In this document: piece by piece, positions 26,879-40,669 of the stretch
How the letters are laid out: each line of letters starts with the position of its first letter
How positions within the stretch are numbered: position 1 is the first letter of the stretch
NCBI GenBank assembly: GCA_951406725.2
Contig: OX597839.1
Location: 10,974,001 to 11,038,000 of the forward strand
Length of the DNA stretch: 64,000 nucleotides
Direction: 5' to 3'
DNA from: Octopus vulgaris
Taxonomy: Eukaryota
Notes under the pieces: generated by a model
The model's input: the letters and a program-made list of their open reading frames with translations, nothing else
Told to the model about the DNA's origin: nothing
Databases searched by the model: none
Position numbers and translations under genes: made by a program

Positions 26879-29051
26879 ATAGGAGAAGGGAAGACAGAGG
26901 AAAAAAAATCGCCAACGGTACACACGAGGTCAATACTTACTGGCTTGGGTGTGGGGTTCAAAATTTCTCTTCCCGACTCCATGGCTATAGGATAAATTAA
27001 GTCCAACCGTGCAAGCACCTCAGATAAGACGTCCTCAACCAATTAAAACCTTATTAGTAGTGATCGTAAAGGGACATTGGTAAAAACCTTGTTACATATA
27101 TATATATCTATACCTATAAATATATACACATCAGTCATTAGACTGCGGTCATGCTGGGGCACTTGCCTTGAAGGGTTTAGTCAAACAATTCGAACCCAAT
27201 ACTTTTTCTCTCTCTTTTTTTTTTAAAGCCTGGTACTTATTCTGCCGATCTCTTTTTGATGAACCACTAACTAGGTTTAGGGAACGTAAACAAACCAACA
27301 CCGGTTGTCAAGAGTTGTTGGTAGGGACAAATAGAAACACACACACACACACACACACATAGATGTGCATACATAGCTATATATGATGAGCTTCCTTCAA
27401 TTTCCATCTACTAAATCCACTCACAAGGTTTTACTAGACCTGGAAGGCTGTAGTCGAAGACATTGGCCTAAAGCGCAGCACCGTGGGACTGAACCTGAGA
27501 CTGCATAGTTGGGGGACACGAGGTGAAGGTTTGTTTACATTTACATTTCTGACAATCACTGAGCTACACACATATGGTGACATTTTTGTCATTTCCTTTG
27601 TAAATGACTTTGCTTCATCAGAGAAATCAGAGAGTCTTTATCTGAGAGACAGGTAAAGGTTTAGTAGTGTTGGGATTGACATCCGGCTGTATAAGAACAT
27701 TGCAATGATTTATCCATGTAACTTATACTAGCAAGGCGTATATATATATATATATATATATATGCAAGCACACACACATATAATGCAGGAATGGCAATGT
27801 GCTTAAGAAGTTCATATTGCAATCACTTATTTTGGGTTAAGTCTGGCAGCTTGGGCAAGTGTCTTCAACTTAAGATTCAGACTGATCAAAACCTTGAGTG
27901 AATTTGGTAGACAAACTAAAAGAAGCCTAACACACACGATATACATATACGTATACAGCATCTCAAGACAAAATCCAATGTTGTGGCTTTCTTAAGTATA
28001 TCCACATTAAGTATGACTGACAGATTGCTATTCTAAACTGCTACTGCTTCTGTTGCTAATAATGAAAATAAATGTGTCTCCTTGTCTTCACTGCATAGTG
28101 TCCTTCGTTTCCGATCTTCCATGAAAGCATGTCTGGCCGTGGGGAAATGAAGTAGATTCTTGGAATAGGTGAGGTTTGCTGACAGGAATAACATCTGCCT
28201 GTGGAAAATCTACCTCAATGAATTTTGTTTAACCCATGCAAGCATGGATATGTGGCTGTTAAAATGTTCCTGATGAGATATGTACATATATTCATATCTA
28301 CCTATCTATATGTGTGTCTAGGTATAGCTGTGTTGTTAAGAGCATTGTGCAGCCACCTGGTTTTGGGTTCAATCTCACTTTATGGCACTTTGGACAAGTG
28401 CTTTTCACGATAACCTCTAGCTGACCAAAACCTTATGAGTAGATTTGGTAGATTGAGATTGGAAGAAGATCATTGTGTATGTGTATATATCTTCTATGTT
28501 TTATTTGTTTCAATCATTAGACTGTGGCCATGCTGGGGCACCAGCTTGAAGAATTTTAGTCGAACTAAAGCCTGGTACTTATTCTGTTGGTTTCTTTTGC
28601 AGAACTGCTAAGTTACAAGGATGTGAATACACCACTTTTGGTTGTCAAGCAGTGGTGGGGGACAAACACAGACACAAGGACACAGTTTTAGTTTCCATCT
28701 ACCAAATCCATTCACTTGGTCGACCTGAGGCTATAGTAGAAGACACTTGCCCTAGGTGTCACACAATGGGACTGAACCCAGAACCATGTATTTGGGAAGC
28801 AAACCTCTTACCACACAGCCATGCCTGTGCCTGTTAGCGCGCCGGGCGAAATGCTTAGCGGTATTTCGTCTGTCGTTATGTTCTGAGTTCAAATTCCGCC
28901 GAGGTCAACTTTGCCTTTCATCCTTTTGGGGTCGATAAATTAAGTACCAGTTTCGCACTGGGGGCGATATAATCGACTCAATCCCTTCGTCTGTCCTTGT
29001 TTGTTCCCTCTATGTTTAGCCCCTTCTGGGCAGTGAAGAAATATGTATATG

Positions 29052-29086
<35 letters not shown>

Positions 29087-31278
29087 ATAAATCTGTATTT
29101 CCATCTCCTCCTCTTTAAGTGGAACCGTCATATTGGTACTGTTGTTTGTTGCAGTTGTGCTGTTTGTGATTGAAGAACAAAGAGAAATATTACCTTGCTG
29201 AGGAACAGTTGAGTGTTGGTGAAAGGAAGAGCATCCGCCCATAGAATATGTTTCATTGAGTTGTTTAGCATGTATTGCAATCATGGAAGAGTGTCTGTTA
29301 AAATGATGATGATAATTGAATGTATATATGTGTGTATATATATATATATTTGTGTATATGTACAAAGTTGTAATACTTACATTACCACATAGCAGGATGT
29401 AATAGAAAATAACACAGTTGGGAGGTGAACTTAAACACAGCCATATCTATATCAATTTGAGATGTGCATGTGTGTGTATATGTGTATCTATGCACATATG
29501 TACATATGTTATCATTCAAAACCCACTTTTCCATGTTTGTATGGATGGGATGGAGTTTAATGCAGCAGATTTTTCTGCAGACAAATGTCCCTCATGTCAC
29601 CGACCCTCACCTGTTTCCAAGCAAGGTAATATTTTTTTGCTGCCAGACATGATTTCACAGAATACTGGAAATAGACGACACTCCTTGTGTAATAGTGAAA
29701 CTAACTCACTCACAACTGTCATGCGATGTCAAGACAAGAACACACAAATCTCCACTCACATATACACAATACTCATTTATGCTTGTGTCTCTCTATATAT
29801 ATATATCATCATCGTTTAACGTCCGTTTTCCGTGCTAGCACAGATTGGACAGTTCGACCCGGGTCTGGGAAGCCAGGAGGTTGCACCAGGCTCCAGTCTA
29901 ATCTGGCAGTTTTTCTACAGCTGGATGCCCTTCCTAACGCCGACCACTCCGCGAGTGTAGTGGGTGCTTTTTACGTGCCACCACCACAGGTGCCAGTGGA
30001 GTCTGGCTGTGGCCACGATCGGTTGTCGCTTTTACCGTGCCACCAGCATGGAAGCCAGTCAAGGCGGCACTGGCATCGGCCACGTTCGGATGGTGCTTTT
30101 TACATGCCACCGGCACAGAAGCCAGTCGAGGCAGCGCTGGCATATATATATATATCTTATTTCTTCCATCTTTTTACTTGTTTCAGTTATCAGACTGTGG
30201 TCATGCTGGAGCTCTGCAATGCGTTTTATTTGAACATATCAATCCCAATACTTTTATTCTTCATTCTCTTTTGCTGAACTGCTAAGTTATGGGGGTGTAA
30301 ACAGACCAACACCAGGTGTTAAGCGGTGGTGGAGGACAAACTCATACACAAGGACACATATAAATACATATACATATGTATATACAATAGTCTTCTTTCA
30401 ATTTCCATCTACCAAATTCACTTTGGACAGCCCAAAACTATAGTAGAAGATGTTTGCCAAGGTGCTACCAGTGGGATTGAACCATGAACCATATGGTTAG
30501 GAAGCAAACTTCTTACCACACAGCCATGCCTGCACCTACACACTTATATATGAATGGGTGCAGGTGTGGCTGTGTGGTTAAAAAGCTTGTTTTCCAGTGA
30601 TATGGTCTAGGGGTTCAGTTCTACTGCACAGTACCTTGGGCAAGTATCTTTTGCAATAATCCCCTGGCCAACCGAAGCCTTGTAAATGGACTTGGTAGAT
30701 GGAATTGAAAGAAGCACATTGTGTATGTGTGTGTGTGTGTACATCGTGGCCATACAAGTGATGTTTGTTTACAGTCTTCTGTGAAAAATATCTTTAACCA
30801 TGGGGAAGTATTACCTTGTTGGGAAACAGGTGTAAGTTGGCAACAGGAAAGGCTCCAGGCCATAGAAAATCTGTCTAACAATTTCCGTCTGACTCATGCA
30901 AGCAAGCGGACTTTAATGATGATTATACATGCACACACGCACACACACACATGTATATCTATTTCTTTATTACCCACAAGGAGCTAAACATAGAGGGAAC
31001 AAACAAGGACAGACATAGGTATTAAGTCAATTACATAGACCCCAGTGCGTAACTGGTACTTAATTTATCGACCCCGAAAGGATGAAAAGCAAAGTCGACC
31101 TTGGCGGAATTCAAACTCAGAACGTAGCGGCAGACAAAATACGGCTCCGCATTTTGCCTGGCGTGCTAACATTTCTGCCAGCTCGCTGCCTTATAAAAAT
31201 CAAAATTTTTTTACGGAAAGCAACGATCTCTCTCAGAAACATAAATTGTACCTTTTAATTTCTAAAACAGAAATGCCG

Positions 31279-31332
31279 TTCCCATGCCGGGAATCGAACC
31301 CGGGCCGCCTGGGTGAAAGCCAGGAATCCTGA
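31279..31332 (-). pseudogene. 5'-truncated tRNA-Glu(TTC) fragment
   Basis: Minus strand TCAGGATTCCTGGCTTTCACCCAGGCGGCCCGGGTTCGATTCCCGGCATGGGAA, followed by a genomic-type trailer with TTTT and no CCA. First ~18 nt missing. Confidence 0.85.
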
Positions 31333-32748
31333 TGATACACACATGTATATCATCATCATCACTTAACATCTGTCTTCATGCTGATATAGGTTAAGCTGTT
31401 TGATAGAATCCAACTAGCCAGAGGACCACACGAAGCTCCAGTGTCTGCTTTGGTATAGTTTCACTGACTAGATGTCCTTCCTAATGCCAAATACTTCACA
31501 GGTTGTACTGGGTCCCTTTTTTATGTGACACTATTGGGTTTTGAATGTAACTTGTAAGACAAAAGAAAGAAAAGCCTTCTCAACCGAGCATGGTTGTTGT
31601 CGAAGCAGCGTGGCTTTATGTCAGATGTTGAGAGACTAAGATATGATTGAAGGACAAGAACAAGTGTCTTGTTATAGAAGAAATATGTAGTTTACCTTGT
31701 ATCATAGGAATGAGTATTTCTTCTAGTTTTACATTTCTGAGTTCAAATTCTGTCAAGGTTGACTTTACCTTTCATCCTTTCAGGGGATAAAATTGACTAG
31801 CCCCCTTCCCAAATATTTCAGGCCTTGTACATCATCATCATCATCATTTAACGTCTGTTTTCCATGCTAGCATGGGTTGGACGGTTTGGATTGAGGGCTG
31901 GCGAACCAGTTGGCTGCACCAGGCTCCAGTCTTGATCTGGCAGAGTTTCTACAGCTGGATGCCCTTCCTAACGCCAACCACTCCGAGAGTGTAGTGGGTG
32001 CTTTTTACATGCCACCTGCATGGGGGCCAGTCAGGCAGTACTGGCAATGACCTCGCTCGAATCTTTTTACACGTGCCACCGACACAGGTGCCAGTGAAGC
32101 GACTGCTCTGGTACTTATAGCAGAATTATATGAGACTGTGTGGGAGTAGCTGGAAAGAAGATAAACCAAGATAATATTTCCTTATGGCTAAGCAGGGAAC
32201 TGTCATTGTTTGCATGACATTCGTTTACAACCATCTTAGAAATTATTCATACATGTACCTGGCAAGATTCTTTTGTTTTATATTTATGAAATCCAATCAC
32301 AAGGTCTTGGTCATTTTGGGGCTTTGCCAGGAGCGACTTGCCCAAGATGCTGCAAAATGGAACTGAACCGGAAACCACTTGGTTGGGAGCAAAATGAGCA
32401 AGATTCTTAAATACACTGCCATGCTTGCATCTACTGATACATGCACATGCAGATATATATATATATATGGTCAGTAAATAATGTTGAGAGTATATATATA
32501 TATGTGTGGAGGCACATGGTTTAGTGGTTAGGGTGTCAGCACCACGATCGTAAGATTGTGGTTTCCATCCCTGGACCAGGTGACGCGTTATGTTCTTGAG
32601 CAAAACACTTCATTTCACGTTGCTCCAGTCCACTCAGCTGGCAAAAATAAGTAACGCTGTGATGGACTGGAGAACACATAGCCATAGAAACCGAGAAACC
32701 GGGCCCGTGAGCCTGGCTAGGCTTTAAAAGGGCGCATTTATTATTTAT

Positions 32749-32787
<39 letters not shown>

Positions 32788-33429
32788 ATATAATGTATAT
32801 GTGATACATATGTATTTGTATAGATATGTATATATACATATATAATTATCTTTGGATCTAAACATATGCAATGTGGTCATCATTCTGTGTCTATATATAT
32901 GTGTGTATATGCATATATGTAATACATACATTTTGAAATGTGCTCCACTGGCCACTAGTTGATTTCGGTTAGCTCTTTTGCATTTCATTTATGCAAATTA
33001 GGTAGGTCATATGTGCTGTCCTCATTTTTGTACGTCTCAAGTGTCTCATCAGCTGAAGTAGGAGAACTGCTGTACAGATGAAAATGCCCACAGTTGTCTT
33101 CTTGTCTCCAGACAATTAGGCTTTCTTTTTCCCTTATGGCATATCAGTTTTAATTCCTGAGATTACATTTCTTTATTCGGTGTAGGTTCCAGTTGCCACC
33201 AAAAGACTGCTATGTTTTCTCTGGAAGCATAAATCATCAGCAAGCAGGAGAGCTGCACCAGGTTCCAGTCTGATTTGGTTTGGTTTCTACAGCTGGATGA
33301 CCTTCCTAATGTCAACCACTTTACAGAGTGTGCTGTGTACTTTCTGAGTGGCACGGGTACTTTTACATGGCGTCAGCATGGGTGCTGTTACATAGCACTG
33401 GTGCAGGGGCTTTTTACATGGTAGCAGCA

Positions 33430-34110
33430 CAGGGCTCAGAGATTTATCTTGTATGTGCCACTGGTCACTTGGGGTTATTTAGACTAGCTTATTTTTCTGC
33501 CAGCCATTTGTAGATATGTGTATGCATATATTTGTCCAAAAATGAGGCAATATGCAAATGGAGTGGAGTACTCGATATGATTGGCAAATACCAAAAGCCA
33601 CAAATTCCTCTGAACCAACAAAGCTCAAGCAAGTGCAGGGCTCAGAGATTTAACTTGTATGTGCCACTGGTCACTTGGGGTTATTTAGACTAGCTTATTT
33701 TTCTGCCAGCCATTTATAGATATGTGTCGCTAGAAGCTGGGATCACCAAGCGTAGATTGGCATATTTCAGTCATATTATGCGGAGAGAATCCCTGGAGAA
33801 GGACATCATGCTCGGAATGGTCAGTGGCAAGAGAGGAAGAGGCCGACCAAGAACCCGCTGGCTTGACATCATCAGGAGTGATACCGGAATGGACATGGTC
33901 AGTCTGAAGGAAGCGGCCCAGGATAGAACTGACTGGAGGACACTGATCCAACGAGTGACCGAGAGTCGACTTCGACTGAGCGGATAAAGAGTGAGTATGC
34001 ATATATTTGTCCAAAAATGAGGCAATATGCGTATGGAGTGGAGTGCTCGATATGATTAGCAAATACCAAAAGCCACAAATTCCTCTGAACCAACAAAGCT
34101 CAGGCAAGTG
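33430..34110. repeat. 206-bp tandem duplication; second copy interrupted by the RTE insertion
   Basis: 33430-33635 is repeated as 33636-33727 plus 33997-34110. Confidence 0.9.
33728..33996 (+). mobile_element. 5'-truncated RTE-clade (BovB-like) LINE, ORF C-terminus
   Basis: Uninterrupted RLAYFSHIMRRESLEKDIMLGMVSGKRGRGRPRTRWLD...AQDRTDWR, stop at 33987; inserted in copy 2 of a local tandem duplication. Confidence 0.9.
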
Positions 34111-34444
34111 ATGGATCCTTGCAGTTGTTGTGTGGTGTTCAATATTTTGGAAGAGACAATTCAGAAAAACTTGGGAAAGCAATGGGAAGATGATATAGCA
34201 TAAGAAGAGCATGAATCTAGGGAAGAATGGAAGTTTATTGTGACAAGCTATTTATAAGAACATCTGTTATATGATTGAAAAAAGATGTTTATGTGAAACC
34301 TTGGGCAAGTGTCTCCCATGATAGCTTTGGACTTCTGGTTCAGTTCCACTGGTAAGCACCTTGGCAAGCGTCTTCTACTATAGCCTCAAGTTGTCCAAAG
34401 CCTTGTGAGAGGATTTGGTACATGGAAACTGAAAGAAGCCCATC

Positions 34445-34661
34445 ATATCAAAGAGGAAAAGGATCCCATCAACTTTAAATGGAGTCTGGATAGATTCCTT
34501 CAAGGAATACCAGATAAGCCACTCATAATTGGATATAACTCACCCAACAAAAACTCACTACTCCAATGGACCATAAACAAAACTTGACTTAAACAGGATT
34601 TAGATAATCCTATCAGGTGGTGCTATTAAGTTAGACATGGCCTGGATCAATCTTTGGTCGA

Positions 34662-34663
<2 letters not shown>
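34445..34663 (+). mobile_element. CR1-like LINE 3' end
   Basis: KEEKDPINFKWSLDRFLQGIPDKPLIIGYNSPNKNSLLQW*, resembling the FKxxLDxFLxxIPDxP...NSL C-terminal pattern; ends in (TA)n. Confidence 0.6.
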
Positions 34664-34716
<53 letters not shown>

Positions 34717-35230
34717 GGAAAGAATAAACAGAGTCAAAAGGAAGAGGGAGTACAATTTGACCGCTGTTTAATGACCACTACACATGTTTCGATACAACAT
34801 ATATACAGGCATTGAAAAAACTATGTGTGTATGTTTTTGTCTCCTACCACTGCTTGACAACCAGTGTCGGTGTGTTTATGTCCCCATAATCTAGCAGTTC
34901 AGCAATGAGACTGATAAATTAAGTACCAGACTTAAAGTAAAAGATATAAAAAGATGGATATATATGGGGACATAAACACACCAACACTGGTTGTCAAACA
35001 GTGGTAGGAGACAAACACATAGGTGCAGGAGTGGCTGTGTGGAAAGTAGCTGCTTACTGACCACATATGGTACTGGGTTCAGACCCACTGCATGGCACTT
35101 TGGGTAAGTGTCTTCTACTTCAACCTCGGTCCTACCAAAGCCTTGTGAGTGTCATATTTAATGATAATTATAGTTTTCCTTTTTTTGGTGATACAATGCT
35201 AAACAGCTACCTAATTTAATTATGTGTGTG

Positions 35231-35277
<47 letters not shown>

Positions 35278-35294
35278 ATATATATATATATATG

Positions 35295-35331
<37 letters not shown>

Positions 35332-36117
35332 GCGCGCACACACGTTTCTTTTAACCAAATTCACTCACAAGTTATTGGTCAGGTCCGAGTTTCCGTGCAG
35401 TGGGACTGAACCCGAAACCACGTGGTTGCAAAGCGGTCTTCCTAACCACACAGCCATGCATGCACGTGTATAAGTGTGTGTGTGCGTGCATTACATCGTA
35501 TATATATTATGTGTATGTGTATATGCAATTGTTGCGATTTCGTCTGTTTGCTTCTATATAAGTAGTATAACTCTTTAAGCAGTAATTTAAGTGTTGAATA
35601 TTTGTTGTATGGTATAGTGTCTGGTGTATATATATCCCGTATACACAGATGGGCTTTTGTTGGCTTTGTCAAAGAACAGCTACACTAAATTGAAATATAT
35701 GCATGTAAAGATGTGAATATGCATATGTAAAACATGTAGTTATAAGTACTTATATACATACACACATACATATATATGTATGCTATATAAACATAAATTT
35801 GTAAATATGCGCTTTCACGTACATACATAAAATTTATGTGTGATTGCCTATGTACACATATATACCCTATTTCTTTATTACCCACAAGGGGCTAAACATA
35901 GAGGGGACAAACAAAGATAGACATAGGTATTAAGTCGATTACATCGACTCCAGTGCGTAACTGGTACTTAATTTATCGACCCCCGAAAGGATGAAAGGCA
36001 AAGTCGACCTCGGCGGAATTCGAACTCCGAACGTACCGTCATATAGAGGTTTGTGGTGCAAACAGGAAAATTATATATACATATATAAGTTTTTATTAAT
36101 AATGGGCAGAAGTTTTA

Positions 36118-36161
36118 GTGACTCAGGGTCCGGGAGTTTCGTGTATTGACACTTACCAAAC
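36118..36161 (-). ncRNA. Hammerhead variant (U3-A8 core), 5'-truncated by a (CA)n tract
   Basis: Minus strand GT-TTGGTAA-GTGT-CAAT-ACAC-GAA-ACTC-CCGGACCCT-GAGT-C-AC: perfect stems II and III, GUC site, only 2 bp of stem I left. A more decayed relative lies at ~2957-3010 (-). Confidence 0.55.
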
Positions 36162-36361
36162 ACACACACACACGTATGGGTGTATGTAGATACATACCAC
36201 GCGCACGCGTAATTTTATGCATATATTAATGCATGTGCTAATATAGCTATGTGCATAAACCTGTGTGTATGTAATATACGTGTGTATATTCGTAAATATC
36301 CGTATATACATGTTTGTGTGTGTGTGTATAGATGTATATTTATACAGAAATGTGTGACTAT

Positions 36362-36401
<40 letters not shown>

Positions 36402-36454
36402 TTATACCTAAATGTGTGTATGTATATATATATATATTTATACCTAAATGTGTG

Positions 36455-36501
<47 letters not shown>

Positions 36502-36550
36502 AAACGTTTGTGTGTGTGCATGTATATATATATATATATTTATACCTAAA

Positions 36551-36606
<56 letters not shown>

Positions 36607-36999
36607 AACACACAGATACGCACATATACATTATGTGTATGTTGTTAGCTGTGTTTATATATAGACGTATAAAGAATAATCTATACTCATGCCTACAGAC
36701 ATCGTCTACACATAATAGCTGGTTCGTGCTTTGTAAATGAATGTTCACTCTTGCCATTCAGTTAGTCTCTCTCTCCCAAACCCATCCTCATGTCCTTTTA
36801 TTTTCTGTTTGCCATACACACTCACACACGTACGTGTGTGTTGTGTGTGTTGATGTGTACTTTTGTGAATATATATATAAATATATGCTCGTATATATTT
36901 CTCTATGTGTTTATGAATTATATAAACGTTCGTGTGCGCGAGCATATCCGTCTGTGCGCATATATTTATCTGTGTGTGTGTCTGTGTCTTTATCTATTT

Positions 37000-37585
37000 T
37001 TGTATGAATATTTATCTGTGTGTATGCGTATGTGCGAGTGGGTATATATGTGTATGTGCGTGTGTATATATATACTTATATGCGTGTATATAAATGTCTG
37101 TGTATTTATCTGTGTGTATGCATGTATATTTATGTATGTGTATGTACGAGTGGGTATATATGTGCGTGTGTATATATGTACTTATATGCGTGTATATAAA
37201 TGTTTCTGTATTTATCTCTGTGTGTATGCATGTATATTTATGTATGTATATGTACGAGTGGGTATATATGTGTGTGTGCGTGTGTATATATGTACTTATA
37301 TGCGTGTATATAAATGTGTGTGTGTATTTATCTCTGTGTGAATATTTATCTGTGTATGCATGTATATTTATGTATGTGTATGTGCGAGTGGGTATATATT
37401 TGTATGTATGTGCGTGTGTATATATGTACTTATATGCGTGTATATAAATGTGTCTGTGTATTTATCTCTGTGTGTGAATATTTATCTGTGTGTATGCATG
37501 TATATTTATGTATGTGTATGTACGAGTGGGTATATATTTGTATGTATGTGCGTGTGTATATATGTACGTATATGCGTGTATATGT
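37000..37585. repeat. Minisatellite built from microsatellite-like units (~90-120 bp, marker CGAGTGGGTATA)
   Basis: Marker recurs five times, at ~37035, 37147, 37255, 37385 and 37523. Confidence 0.85.
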
Positions 37586-38075
37586 TAGTTAGTTAGTTAA
37601 TTATATAAATGTGTATATAGACGTGTATAGAGGTATGTGCATATATATGTTTAAATATATGCGTGTATATATAATGTTTACGTTGTGCATGTGTATATAC
37701 AAATATATAGACGTAAGCATAATATTTAATTATATACCCACACGTATACTATGTCTGTATATATATGTCTGGTATATTTTTTGGCCTACTTAGCTTTTCC
37801 CTTCTCGCCCTGTCTCTTACAGAATACTTGCAGTCTCGTGTGTGTGTATGTATGACCTGTATGTACATACAAGCTTTTCTGTAATTGATGTATATAAAAT
37901 ATATAAACACTCTGTATTGTATGTTTCACTTTTACTGTCCTATTTTTCCCCACCCCGTTTTTGTTTCACAGTTTGAAAATACGAAGCACTTTCCGTCTGT
38001 CTACATCTGTCTTTCTGTGTGTGTGTGTGTGTGTATAAATACACACACACACATACATACATATGTATATGTATA

Positions 38076-38144
38076 TCGGTAGTATAGTGGTAAGTGTCCC
38101 CGCCTGTCACGCGGGAGACCGGAGTTCGATTCCCCGCCGGGGAG
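38076..38144 (+). pseudogene. tRNA-Asp(GTC) copy lacking the first 3 nt
   Basis: TCGGTAGTATAGTGGTAAGTGTCCCCGCCTGTCACGCGGGAGACCGGAGTTCGATTCCCCGCCGGGGAG. The 5' TCC is replaced by (TA)n; one T-stem mismatch; A and B boxes retained. Confidence 0.85.
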
Positions 38145-38204
38145 GCATGTTACTTTGAATGGCGGTGCCCCAGCATGGCCACAGCTCGTGAGCTGAAACT
38201 AGAT

Positions 38205-38246
<42 letters not shown>

Positions 38247-38727
38247 CGGACATATATACATTATGTATGCATAGACATATCTGTATTCATGTATACTTAT
38301 AGATGTATGTGTGTATATATATATATATATACACACACACATTATATGCGCGTTTAAGAGACATGCATGTGAATACACACAGGCACACACACACACGTAT
38401 ATAAACATGTGTATATATATGACTTGTGTTATAATGTCAGCATCCTGCTGGGACATGGCACTTGTATGAGTTTCACATCCGTGCTTTTGCTGTTACACAC
38501 ACATCTCACTTATACGTGTGTGTGTGTTTGTTGTGTGTGTCTCGGGAGTGCTGCGGTCCTCCACATCCACCTTGTTTGCTGGCAACAACAGTGGCAAGTG
38601 CTGTAGTATCAACACCCACCATTGTCATCATCAACATAAAACCGTCATCACAAAGAGATCTTATCACTTTGCTGCAGCTGAAAGGGAAAAGGCCTTTTCT
38701 GTTGTTAGAACTACAGAATATAAATAT

Positions 38728-38778
<51 letters not shown>

Positions 38779-39792
38779 TATATGCATCATTGTACGCACG
38801 CACTTACGTCAGTGTTTGTGAATACTCTTAAAATAACACTTATGTGCATGTGTGGTTTTCCATATATATATATATATATATATATATGCTCATACACATT
38901 GTTATATCTTCATATAATACTAAGGCAAAGAAAGAAGACTTATCTAGTATGGTTCAGTCTTACACACACACACACACACACAACAGTGACTCTAACAAGA
39001 TTAATCTTGTTTCTTTGTGTTTATGTATGGGTGTATACACACATTTGGAAACACGTAGGCTAAGAATATATATATATTTGTATGTTTGTGTGTGTGTATA
39101 TATATATACGCACATACGCATACATATATATTGTGTGTATTTGTTTATATATAGTGTGTTTATATATGTGTGTATGTGCATATATATATATGTATATACA
39201 TATATATATTGTGTGCATATATATATATATGTATATACATATATATATTGTGTGTATATATATATACATACATATATATTGTGTGTGTATATATATATAT
39301 ATATTGTGTGTATATATGTATATATACATATAATATATATTGTATGTGTGTGTTTGTGTATGCATATGCGTGTGTATAAGCATATGAATGCTGAATTCTG
39401 TGTGTGTACCATATTTCAATGTGTGTGTGTGTGTTGCATAGACACATATATGTATATACAAGTATCATTATACATTGTACATTTGAATTCTTGTGATATA
39501 TATATATATATATATATATATACACGCACACACACATGTAGTCATACAGGGATTAAAAGACCAGTACCTCTACTTATATACACACAGGTATTCATATGCA
39601 AATAGTCGAATATGTGTGCTTATTACACACACACACACACACATACACATATATAAACATCTACTTGTAAACACATCGTATTACATAAGTACAGATACAC
39701 GCAGCTGCAGAATGTAGACAACACACACCAAAACATACTGACACACACACGTATACTTATAACATTGATCAGACATATAAATACACACACAT

Positions 39793-39829
<37 letters not shown>

Positions 39830-40004
39830 CATACAAACATATATATATATACACATGACATATATATATACACACACACACACACAAAACATGTATATAC
39901 AGACATATATATATACACACACACACACAAAACATGTATATATAGACATATATATATACACACACACAAACATGTATATACATAGACATATATAACACAC
40001 ACAC

Positions 40005-40061
<57 letters not shown>

Positions 40062-40633
40062 CAATGTTTTAAGTATACGTGTGCGTGTGTGTGTATCTCC
40101 GTGTACAGTGTAAATGTTTCTTTAGTGTAAGTGGACGTTCATCAGGGTGTTGAATAAAGTAGGACAAAAGCGATGCTGAGCTCTGAATCCATTTCACTGT
40201 CTATGCTAATTCTAGCCAGCCTCTTTTGTCAGTCGATAAAGCAGTAGCCATCATACCAGCTCTGTGGTTTGCATTCAACATCATTGCCAACAACAGCATC
40301 AAAATTATTATCATTATTATTATTATTATTATTACATCAACATTGGAATTACCGACTGCTTATCATTTTAATCATCTTCGTCTTCGAAAATAGTCCATTA
40401 TCCATCACCATCAAAATCATTACCAGTTTTTGTCATCTGTAACAAAGTCATCATCATTATAATTATGAAATATTGTGTTCTAGATCCCACATTTATTTTG
40501 TGTGTGTAATAATGATGATGTTTCCCTATCTCTCAGCCTACCTATGTCGGTTTCTATCTAGCTGTGTATGTACAAATGTATATTTATGTTACTTTTGGAT
40601 TTATTTATACATGTATGTATGGATGTGTATATA

Positions 40634-40669
<36 letters not shown>

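Noticed and set aside
27578-27628. Minus-strand CTGATGA..GAAA followed by a hairpin
   Set aside because: Lacks the A15.1-U16.1 pair and stem I.
40098-40150. Minus-strand CTGATGA..GAAACA..TGTA motif
   Set aside because: No stem I or stem II complementarity.
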